DNA of 64,000 bases. Origin: an uncultured Desulfatitalea sp. Lineage in GTDB: Bacteria; Desulfobacterota; Desulfobacteria; Desulfobacterales; Desulfosarcinaceae. This document shows, piece by piece, positions 10,042 through 17,718 of this stretch. The notes beneath the pieces were generated by a model. The model was not told the origin of the DNA. It did no database searches and saw nothing but the letters and a program-made list of their open reading frames with translations. The position numbers and the translations under genes are program-made. How positions within the stretch are numbered: position 1 is the first letter of the stretch; the number at the start of each line of letters is the position of its first letter. The stretch is from contig CAXXMB010000002.1 in the NCBI GenBank assembly GCA_963668675.2, positions 3,168,001-3,232,000 of the forward strand. The letters run 5' to 3'.

Positions 10042-10761
10042 TCAACGCCGTTGCAGAAACTGCCTTTGGAAATTGTAGATCGATTGGGTCAGCTTCCGCT
10101 TTTCCGTTTCTGCTATCTCCATGAATTCAAAAGCGTATTTGTAGCGTTTGTGATCTCTGTCGTAGTCGATGCGCCGCACTTCGGCCATCTTGATGATGAT
10201 GATCAGCTCATCCCAATCCTTGTCCTCTGCCACATAGATGCCAAGGTTCTGGACGCGGTCGTCGACTGACAGAATCATTCCGGCGCTGTTTTTGACGTTG
10301 TGCTTTGTCAAGGTGCCATATGCGCCGCCAAGGCTGATGTTGACCAAGCTGAAAACGGCCTGGATATGCCCTGACTTCATGAACATCTTGGTCCCCACCG
10401 GCGTCTCCATTCGAAAGTTTTTGCGACGCTGGATGCGGTCCACATACTCGGGAAAGGGTATGGTGATCTCACGCCCGCTGATCTGCCCCCCAGTGGTGGA
10501 GAAGATATACTCCAGGTGATCAGGCCCGTTAAAGTTGAATTTCAAATTCAGGGGGGCGTCTTTTTTTACAGATGATTTGAAATCGTTGGGAAGGTCGATT
10601 TGCAGGGTGGGGTTTTCCGGATGCTGCTGCAGTCCGGTGACGCAGGTGAGGCGTTCGAACTCCGTACCGACCATATGCATCGATATGATCACCCGCGCCT
10701 CGATCAGGTGTTGAAACAGCTCGATCAGTTTGTCGCCTTCTATTTTACCCGCATCGCTCAT
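10042..10761 (-). CDS. PilZ-domain (c-di-GMP-binding, YcgR-like) protein
   Basis: QRRKNFR (RxxxR) and NISLGG (D/NxSxxG) with an N-terminal extra domain. Confidence 0.82.
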   Translation of the reverse strand: MSDAGKIEGDKLIELFQHLIEARVIISMHMVGTEFERLTCVTGLQQHPENPTLQIDLPNDFKSSVKKDAPLNLKFNFNGPDHLEYIFSTTGGQISGREITIPFPEYVDRIQRRKNFRMETPVGTKMFMKSGHIQAVFSLVNISLGGAYGTLTKHNVKNSAGMILSVDDRVQNLGIYVAEDKDWDELIIIIKMAEVRRIDYDRDHKRYKYAFEFMEIAETEKRKLTQSIYNFQRQFLQRR

Positions 10762-10939
10762 ATCTCATCAGACCCGTTCATGCTAACAAGGGGATTTCAT
10801 ACTTTTATCGGACAGGTCTGGCCATTTCTTTAGGGCCATTTTTCTATCTTGGCGGCCGACACAGGCTGTCTGGGCATTTGCATCCGGTGCAGAGCGAAGC
10901 TCCGCCGCGACCGATGGGGTGCCCTTTTCAAGGAAGATG

Positions 10940-12799
10940 CTACATCACCCGACCGTGGTGATCGAAATCCAGCGCCAGCAATCCCTTCTCCTCCTCGCTT
11001 AGAAAGTCGACGGATATGATCTCCACTGGGTCGTCCTCCTCGTTGGTGGGGACGATCGTCAGGCTTGCCCAGGTGGCCGGATCCTGTCCGAAGGTGAAGA
11101 CGCACAACTGGTCGCATTGGGCCGATTCGTAGTTGGTGGACCTGATCCATTGCATGATGAACTTGGTGAAACCCTGGTGGTTCGTGTTGTACCATTCGAC
11201 GGCACTATTGACAGGCACCGGAAGACTGCACACCAGGTAAAAGGTCTTACGCTTGACCAGTGACACGCAGTACTGCTTCCCGTCAGCTTCCGTCTTTTTC
11301 AGGTTTTCGTGGGCTTTGGTGGCAATGGCCTCAAGAATTTCGTAGGGGAAGAAGTTGGCGGCAAACTGCTTGTACTTCGGCCCCATGGAGTACAACTGCA
11401 ACAGATGGCTTTGCATGCAACTGATCAGGCCCTGCTCGCTGTCCTGGCCGTTGAGGTCGATGACCACAGTGGACCCCGACTCCGGTCCTTCCAGCTCCGT
11501 TATCGAAACCATGACCGTCTCGCCGAAAGGCATCTGTTCGGGGATGGAAAATTTGAAATGGAAGGTGGAAAAGTCGATGGAATCACCGCTTTTTAATCTC
11601 AAAGGCGAGTTGGCCTGCAGCGCCTGGCCATTGAGTTTGGTACCGTTGGTGCTGCGCTGGTCTTCGATGTAATAGGCAACATTCTTATACTCGATGGTTG
11701 CATGGAAGCTCGAGATGGTGGGCTTGACGATGGTGATGTCGTTGCGCTGATCGCGACCGATGGTGGTGTGTCTTTTGGTGATCTCGATCCGATTTTCCTC
11801 CTGGCCGGTGACGCGATCCAGATCTTCGAGATACGCCTCCGGTTGCTTGCGCCGGCTGGCCTCCTCCTGATCCGATTTGCGTTTGCTCCGGTACTGTTTG
11901 ACATACAAAAAGGCGATCCCCAAAGCCACTGCGGTGGTCAGCAGCGCCAGTATCAGGTTGAAGATGTCGACGCCGGATGTGGTGTCCTCTCTCCTTTCCA
12001 TGTCGCTGCGTTCCGCTTCGGATATCGCCTGTTCTTGCGGCTCGGGCAGGGTGGATAGGGGTTGCGGCGCCTGGGGGGGCATCAGTTTCGGCTTCGGTTC
12101 CGGTTTCGGCGGTTGCAGGTAGGTCAAAATATCATCGAGAACGCCCAGGATCTCGGAGGCGTCATAGGTGCGGTAATATTCGCCTTCTGTTCGCGAGGCC
12201 AGGGCCTGGATAAGCACGAAATCAGCTGCGTCCGTGAAGGCGATGCCGAAGATGCGAACGTCCAGCTCTCTGCTTTCGGCCGCAAAATCCTGCCGCAGCC
12301 ACTGATTCAACTCCTGGTCTTTGCGCTGATCCCCGGTGTCTGTTATCCCATCGGTGATAAAAACAATTCCCTTCTGGGCCTCTTTGCGCCCCTTGTTCTT
12401 CAGTTCGTACAAGGCCCGCTCGAAGCCGACGGCACTGTTGGTGAATTGTCCTTTGTAGTCGATCCGGGAGAGGCTGGCGGCCCATCTCCTCTGTGCCTGC
12501 TCGGTGTCCATCGATGCCAACGGTTCAAGCAGTTTCGCCGATCGATCGAACAGTACCATGCCCATATGCGCGTTTGGGGGCAATTGACGTACAAACGCAT
12601 TCACCACCTTGGGAGTGATAAATTCAGGATCGTTTTTTCGCATGCTGCCCGAATTGTCGACGACGAACATCAGGTCGATGGCGGTATTTCCCCCTTCGAC
12701 CGCAGCCGTACCAAAACCCGGCCAGAGCATGGCGATGCCGATACACAGGCAACATAGGCACCTGGCGGTGCGCCGCAATGATTCTAATCCGACCTTCAT
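10940..12799 (-). CDS. membrane protein: exported VWA domain, Pro-rich linker, TM helix, cytoplasmic FHA domain, unknown C-terminal domain
   Basis: Signal-like N-terminus, DNSGSM MIDAS and FITDG, TM ILALLTTAVALGIAFLYV, FHA IGR...ISSFHA...STNGT. Confidence 0.88.
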   Translation of the reverse strand: MKVGLESLRRTARCLCCLCIGIAMLWPGFGTAAVEGGNTAIDLMFVVDNSGSMRKNDPEFITPKVVNAFVRQLPPNAHMGMVLFDRSAKLLEPLASMDTEQAQRRWAASLSRIDYKGQFTNSAVGFERALYELKNKGRKEAQKGIVFITDGITDTGDQRKDQELNQWLRQDFAAESRELDVRIFGIAFTDAADFVLIQALASRTEGEYYRTYDASEILGVLDDILTYLQPPKPEPKPKLMPPQAPQPLSTLPEPQEQAISEAERSDMERREDTTSGVDIFNLILALLTTAVALGIAFLYVKQYRSKRKSDQEEASRRKQPEAYLEDLDRVTGQEENRIEITKRHTTIGRDQRNDITIVKPTISSFHATIEYKNVAYYIEDQRSTNGTKLNGQALQANSPLRLKSGDSIDFSTFHFKFSIPEQMPFGETVMVSITELEGPESGSTVVIDLNGQDSEQGLISCMQSHLLQLYSMGPKYKQFAANFFPYEILEAIATKAHENLKKTEADGKQYCVSLVKRKTFYLVCSLPVPVNSAVEWYNTNHQGFTKFIMQWIRSTNYESAQCDQLCVFTFGQDPATWASLTIVPTNEEDDPVEIISVDFLSEEEKGLLALDFDHHGRVM

Positions 12800-13283
12800 G
12801 TCACGTCCTTGTATCAACGAGGTGATGTTATGGGTGATAAGCCATAGCAGTTGAATGACAAACTAAACCAACGGATTATCTGGGTCAAGCCCTCTGAGCA
12901 GATGCGGGCGTCTGCTACGACCACTGGCCCCTGTTCCGGCGTCCTTTGCCCAAGCGCTGATCGTCCCCTGAACACGACAGGGATATGGGCGCCATAGGCC
13001 CTGGCGATCTATTGGGGAGATGGCAGGATGACAGGTGGGGATATGGCCTGCCGGAACGATGATCTGAAAAAGTTGAAAAAACTGCGTTGACCTGCCGGCC
13101 TGAGGTCGGTAATATGGCTTTTGTCTCTTCTTGTTGCCAGCCAGGCTACCCCAAGGAGAAATCGAAACAAGTCGTTTTTATAAAGAATTTGGCGTTTCGG
13201 GCACTGGACGGCTTGACGAAATGTTTTGCCGACAGCGGATAAAGCTGACACTTTTTCTATACGACCCTATGCCGGGGAGAGCT

Positions 13284-13559
13284 ATGAACAAACTTGAATT
13301 GATTACGGAGTTGGGAGAGCAGCAGAACCTGTCGAAAAATGAGGCGAAAAAGGTTGTCGATCTTTTTTTCAGTGAGGTTTGCGACGCCCTTGGAAAGGGG
13401 CAGCGGGTGGAGATCCGCGGGCTGTGCACGTTTAAGGTCAAAACGTACGAAGGTTACGACGGTAGAAATCCCAAAACCGGCGAACTGGTCAAGGTCAAGC
13501 CAAAAAAACTGCCGTTCTTCAAGGCGGGGTCGGATCTGAAAGTGCGCGTCGACCGCTAA
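13284..13559 (+). CDS. ihfB: integration host factor subunit beta / HU-family DNA-binding protein
   Basis: MNKLELI...RVEIRG...GRNPKTGELVKV...PFFKAG; ATG 13284 after GGAGAG. Confidence 0.85.
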   Translation: MNKLELITELGEQQNLSKNEAKKVVDLFFSEVCDALGKGQRVEIRGLCTFKVKTYEGYDGRNPKTGELVKVKPKKLPFFKAGSDLKVRVDR

Positions 13560-13585
13560 TCCGCACCCTATCAGGATATGGTCAT

Positions 13586-13618
13586 GGTGGATGCATCTTT
13601 TAGTTCGATGCATCCGCC
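13586..13618. terminator. hairpin between convergent ihfB and flavoprotein gene
   Basis: GGTGGATGCATC-N9-GATGCATCCGCC, 12-bp stem with one G-U pair; no clear U tract. Confidence 0.4.
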
Positions 13619-13838
13619 ACAAATGGCCGCTGAACCGGCCAACCCCGCCATGCCCGGCTCAACACGACTCGCGGGTCTCCAAGCATCTACCACCAGCACC
13701 AATGTGCGACCATTCTTGTCCGCGCGTCTTCCCTCCCGGATCGGCTCGAACCCGATCCTCCAAATTCCATCCTGTAGATTTCGTAGGCTCTTTTGAAGTC
13801 AGCCTATGTCGAAGGCGGCCGCCGTCCCGGTTTCCATG

Positions 13839-15338
13839 TCAGGAGATAAAACCAACCTCCGGCCGCCAGCGGCGTATTTTCAAGAGTTCGGGAAATGCCT
13901 CGGGTCTATAGAGAGATTTGCCCGAGAGCAGGCGCAGGCACTCCTGAATGACCTCAGACATGGTCGGATGGGGAAACATGGTGCCCAAAGCATCCATGGC
14001 ATTCTTGTCTTGGTCGATCAGCAAGGCGATCGACATGATCGTGCTCGATACCTGCGGCCCGGCCGCGCGCATGCCTAAAATCTTCTGCGTGTCGTCATCG
14101 CTGACAATGATCTTGGCGAAACCGCTTGTGGCACGCATGGCGATTGCTCTCGGCAATAGGGCGTTGGCATAGGTGGCCACCCGGTATGCAATCTTTTTCC
14201 TGCGGCACGCCTTCTCGTTCAATCCCACTGCAGCGACGGCCGGGTAAAAGAACATCACCGTGGACATGTTGGGGAAACTCAACGGCCGGGTGGGCAGATT
14301 GAACATATGTTTGACTGCATGCCGGCTCTCCATGGTCGCCATATTGACCAGGGCGGGTCGATGGGTGACATCGCCGGCCGCGTAGATGTTGTTGCCCAGA
14401 CAACAATCCGGATCGCAATCCAGGTAGCCGGCGGCATCGGGCTTCAGTCCCGCTTTTTCGAGATTGAGCCTATGGATATAGGGGTCTCGGCCGATGGAGA
14501 TGAGGGCGGCATCCACCTCCACCACGGTGGCATGACCGTCGTCGAAGTCGAGCACAACCTCCAGATGTTGCGGTTTGCGCACAATGTCACGCACCTTCGT
14601 AGAGTGAAAAATCTTGACGCCGTGGCGTTCGAGGTTGGTGCTGACAAAGTCGCTGACATCCTCGTCCTCATACGGAATGACCCGCTCCTGGTGGTCGACC
14701 AGAAAGACATTGGTCTGGCCGAAGTTGGAGAAGATGGTGGCATACTCACACCCGGTGACACCGGCGCCGATGATCATCAGGCGCCTCGGGAATCGCTCCA
14801 ATTGAAAAATACCGTCCGAGTCGAAGATGCGCTGCTGATCGACCTCGATGTGATCGAAATGCCTCGGCTTGGAGCCGGTGCACAGCAAAAAGTGATCGGC
14901 GGCAATCTCTTCGGTTCCGCCTTCGGCCAGATCCACGGCCACCCGATCCGGCCCTGAAAAACGTCCCCATCCACGCAGATATTTGATGCTTCCGGGACCC
15001 TTCCAGTGTCCCCGGGCGAACGTCTCGATCTGCGACAGAAGCTGGTACTGCTTCTCCTTGACCGCCTCGATAACCGTGTCGCGCACCGCCTGGTAATCCA
15101 CCCTGAGGTCGCTGCAGCGGTACCCCCGGTCTGTCTTGGCCGCCACAGCATAATCCTTGGCCAGCTCCCACATGGTTTTGGAGGCCAGGGCACCCCACTT
15201 GACGCCGGTGCCCCCGATCTCATCGCCCTCTATCAGGCAGACATGCCGACCGGCATCGATGGCGCGCATCGCCCCGGCGACCCCGCCGGGTCCGGCACCA
15301 ATTACGCAAAGATCAAACGTGTCGATTCTGTTATTCAT
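13839..15338 (-). CDS. pyridine nucleotide-disulfide oxidoreductase class I family flavoprotein (SthA/Lpd-like, redox cysteines absent)
   Basis: GAGPGG, IIGAGVTGCE, IYAAGD, C-terminal FPHPTMSE; GGTGVKWGALASK replaces the CxxxxC motif. Confidence 0.85.
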   Translation of the reverse strand: MNNRIDTFDLCVIGAGPGGVAGAMRAIDAGRHVCLIEGDEIGGTGVKWGALASKTMWELAKDYAVAAKTDRGYRCSDLRVDYQAVRDTVIEAVKEKQYQLLSQIETFARGHWKGPGSIKYLRGWGRFSGPDRVAVDLAEGGTEEIAADHFLLCTGSKPRHFDHIEVDQQRIFDSDGIFQLERFPRRLMIIGAGVTGCEYATIFSNFGQTNVFLVDHQERVIPYEDEDVSDFVSTNLERHGVKIFHSTKVRDIVRKPQHLEVVLDFDDGHATVVEVDAALISIGRDPYIHRLNLEKAGLKPDAAGYLDCDPDCCLGNNIYAAGDVTHRPALVNMATMESRHAVKHMFNLPTRPLSFPNMSTVMFFYPAVAAVGLNEKACRRKKIAYRVATYANALLPRAIAMRATSGFAKIIVSDDDTQKILGMRAAGPQVSSTIMSIALLIDQDKNAMDALGTMFPHPTMSEVIQECLRLLSGKSLYRPEAFPELLKIRRWRPEVGFIS

Positions 15339-15531
15339 TTAAGCTCTTTCCTCATTGAATATCGAATCTTAACAGGTAGATAATCGTTTATCAACTCTCA
15401 ATTTGGAACGGTTGCCGGGATTTGTCCCCGCTGTTGAAAAATGGGTGCTTGGGGTTGACTATGTTTCAAAATAAAACACGACTGTTTCGCTATACATAGT
15501 GTGTTTTATCAAAGGCTTGCTGATTAATTAC

Positions 15532-15560
15532 TTGACAGCTGGATGTGGCAATAATATTAA
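15532..15560 (+). promoter_or_regulatory. candidate sigma-70 promoter for the peptide cluster
   Basis: TTGACA at 15532, 17-bp spacer, TATTAA, in an AT-rich intergenic region. Confidence 0.45.
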
Positions 15561-15812
15561 GTTTAAATTAACAGCTCAGGCTTGTTTAAGACAGTAAAAT
15601 TCAGAAATCAATGTTGAACATGAGAGTATAATTGCTGTCACGAATCTATCTAAACTCTGTATAGATTACAACTATTGGGAAATGCGGGATCGAATATGCG
15701 ATTCTGAGAGTCAGGCTATGCAGCTGCGAGGATCTGTTGCAGGCCGAGCTGGCTGGTGTCTTTGTTGCGGGAACAGATAGCGTTATTCAGCAACCCGAAT
15801 ACAGGAGGAGAA

Positions 15813-15962
15813 ATGAGAACAATTGAGACAGAAAAAGCTGAAATTGGAATGACATCCGAAGCGGTTAAGAAACCTTATGAGCGCGCCAGGATCGACGAGC
15901 ATGAGCCACTGGAAGAAGCAACTGCTTATGTCTATTATTACTATACCTATATCTTCGATTAA
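15813..15962 (+). CDS. putative RiPP precursor peptide (49 aa), lasso-type leader and Tyr-rich core YVYYYYTYIFD
   Basis: RBS AGGAGGAG before ATG 15813; KKPYERARIDEHEPLEEATA matches YxxPxLxxxGxxxxxTx spacing (Y-17, I-12, T-2); directly upstream of B2 peptidase and PqqD genes. Confidence 0.85.
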   Translation: MRTIETEKAEIGMTSEAVKKPYERARIDEHEPLEEATAYVYYYYTYIFD

Positions 15963-15980
15963 AGAATGATTATTGGGCAG

Positions 15981-16027
15981 TATGAAGCGCCTGGGTTCTA
16001 ATTGGAGCCCAGGCGCTTCATATATTT
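15981..16027 (+). terminator. strong stem-loop downstream of precursor gene
   Basis: TATGAAGCGCCTGGG (15981-15995) pairs perfectly with CCCAGGCGCTTCATA (16008-16022), extendable with G-U pairs; followed by TATTT. Confidence 0.7.
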
Positions 16028-16065
16028 GTAAGACAATTTTGATGGCCCCTAAAAAGCCACTCATA

Positions 16066-16137
16066 CGTCATGCCGGACGTGATCCGGCATCCAGAAGCCA
16101 TTGAAAAGACTGGATTCCAGCTTTCGCCGGAATGATG
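16066..16137. repeat. palindromic intergenic repeat (CGTCATGCCGGAC..GATCCGGCATCCAG...CTGGATTCC..CTTTCGCCGGAATGA)
   Basis: Nested inverted repeats; degenerate second copy at 41037-41121. Confidence 0.7.
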
Positions 16138-16281
16138 GAAAAGTACTTATGGGGCTTTTTTCGAGCGCATCAGTTTTAGCTGTTGCACATAAGCTGGTCA
16201 TCGCCGATGAAGGGTTCTTGTTTTGGTTTTTTCCCAATTTGGTAGGCTTCAAAACAGCGGGAACCGGTAAACAGGTGAACA

Positions 16282-16698
16282 ATGATCTTGCGATTGTTTC
16301 ATACCGGTTTTTCGGCAATCGGCGTTCTGCTCTGGGGCAACGCGCTGGCAGTTGTAGCGCGGTGGCAAGGTGTTACACCGACAGTCCGTTTGATAAAGAA
16401 AATAGCCCCATGGGTTCCTATTTCCAACGGTGGACTGGGTGAGTACTCGGATCGTATCGACGCTTTGCTGAAAAATGTCCCCTTCCTTTTCTACGCCCAC
16501 CGTCAGGTGTGCCTGATCAGGGGGTTGCTGCTTTTTTTCTTCGGGAAAAGGCGGAAACTGGATATCCGGCTTCATTTTGGGAGCAAGATCGTCAATGGGG
16601 AATTTAACACCCACTGTTGGATCATCCTGGACGGAGAGATCCGTTTCGAAGTCGACAGCGTAATCCAACAATATACAACTCTGGTTGAATACACGTGA
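16282..16698 (+). CDS. lasso-peptide B2-type leader peptidase (transglutaminase-like)
   Basis: VCLIRGLLL...LHFG...FNTHCWIILDG: catalytic Cys and H-x-W pattern of B2 proteins; 138 aa. Confidence 0.88.
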   Translation: MILRLFHTGFSAIGVLLWGNALAVVARWQGVTPTVRLIKKIAPWVPISNGGLGEYSDRIDALLKNVPFLFYAHRQVCLIRGLLLFFFGKRRKLDIRLHFGSKIVNGEFNTHCWIILDGEIRFEVDSVIQQYTTLVEYT

Positions 16699-16710
16699 TA
16701 GGAAATAATA

Positions 16711-16971
16711 ATGACCTACGAATTGTCACAAGATTACCTTTGGAAGGAGATCGGGGACCAGGTCGTTGTGCTGCACTTTGAATCCGGGCGCTACTATTCG
16801 CTCAACCCTTCCGGCAGTGTGATATGGAGAGGGTTATTGGAGAACCAGTCTGCCGATCAGATCGTTGAGGGGCTTTGCAGCGACTTCGACGTGGATGAAG
16901 AGACCGCCTTAGAAGATGTTATAATAATGACCCGTCATTTTTTGGAGAAAAAATTTCTTGTTGTAGACTAA
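16711..16971 (+). CDS. PqqD-family RiPP recognition element (B1-like)
   Basis: 86 aa; EIGDQVVVL...YYSLNPSGSVIW...IVEGLCSDFDVDEETALEDV is the typical stand-alone RRE pattern. Confidence 0.92.
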   Translation: MTYELSQDYLWKEIGDQVVVLHFESGRYYSLNPSGSVIWRGLLENQSADQIVEGLCSDFDVDEETALEDVIIMTRHFLEKKFLVVD

Positions 16972-17004
16972 AACAACAACATCGTCCCCCGCTGTCTGGA
17001 TAAA

Positions 17005-17718
17005 ATGCTTCACGTTGTGTTTTTTGGAATGGATCTGCGAATACTGGACGCGCTCATGAAGCGCCCGATCCATCTGTGCGGCGTTTACCTTCCCCCGGCG
17101 CCATACCGGTTCCTGAGACACCCGCCTTGGTATCTTAAGTTTACTCCCCGGTTTATGATTAAGAAGAGGCTGAAAACGGCGGCTGTTTACGCCGGGGTGG
17201 ATCAATATGTGCGCCATCACAATATCGCCGCACTGCAAGCGAAGCAGGTGAGCAGTGGGAAATTAAGAAAGCAATTGGCCGATTGCGGGGTCGATCTGGG
17301 AGTGGTTGCCAACTTTGGCCAGAGGATCGACAGCCGGTTGTTGTCCATTCCGAAATTTGGTTTCATCAATTACCACCCATCATTGCTGCCCAAATACAGG
17401 GGGCCTTCGCCTTTGGGCCACATGCTGCTCAACGGGGAGAAGATTTCCGGTGTCACCTGGCACAGGATCACCACCCAAATGGATCAGGGGGATATCCTGG
17501 CCCAGGATCAGTTCGAGATTGATCGCGATGATACCGAAAAGGATTTGGATCAAAAGTCAACTGCCCTGGCGATCCAACTGCTTGGTCCCCTGCTGGCCGA
17601 CATTGATGCCGGCCGGGTTCATGGAAGGCCGCAGGATGAGTCCCAGGCCACATACTATCCCAAGCTGACCACATTGGAAAAAAAACAGCTGTCCGAGCTG
17701 GGAAAGCGTCCATCATGA
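17005..17718 (+). CDS. N10-formyl-THF-dependent formyltransferase (Fmt-like N-terminal domain only)
   Basis: INYHPSLLPKYRGPSP, GVTWH, MDQGDIL; lacks the Fmt C-terminal tRNA-binding domain. Confidence 0.88.
   Translation: MLHVVFFGMDLRILDALMKRPIHLCGVYLPPAPYRFLRHPPWYLKFTPRFMIKKRLKTAAVYAGVDQYVRHHNIAALQAKQVSSGKLRKQLADCGVDLGVVANFGQRIDSRLLSIPKFGFINYHPSLLPKYRGPSPLGHMLLNGEKISGVTWHRITTQMDQGDILAQDQFEIDRDDTEKDLDQKSTALAIQLLGPLLADIDAGRVHGRPQDESQATYYPKLTTLEKKQLSELGKRPS

Noticed and set aside
12820..13280. Possible ncRNA or riboswitch between the VWA-FHA gene and ihfB
   Set aside because: No recognisable family motif or convincing extended structure by eye; needs an Rfam scan.
15682..15780. 32-aa ORF MRDRICDSESQAMQLRGSVAGRAGWCLCCGNR as a second precursor
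   Set aside because: Weak RBS and no RRE-binding leader motif; likely a chance ORF in the 5' region.
15756..15812. Longer 68-aa version of the precursor from the ORF track
   Set aside because: The GTG start lacks an RBS; AGGAGGAG sits right before ATG 15813.
15813..16971. Calling the cluster a standard lasso-peptide BGC
   Set aside because: No cyclase gene in the window, and the predicted core has no Asp/Glu acceptor at positions 7-9 and no tail.
17005..17718. Housekeeping methionyl-tRNA formyltransferase (fmt)
   Set aside because: Too short, lacks the C-terminal domain and the def/rsmB context.
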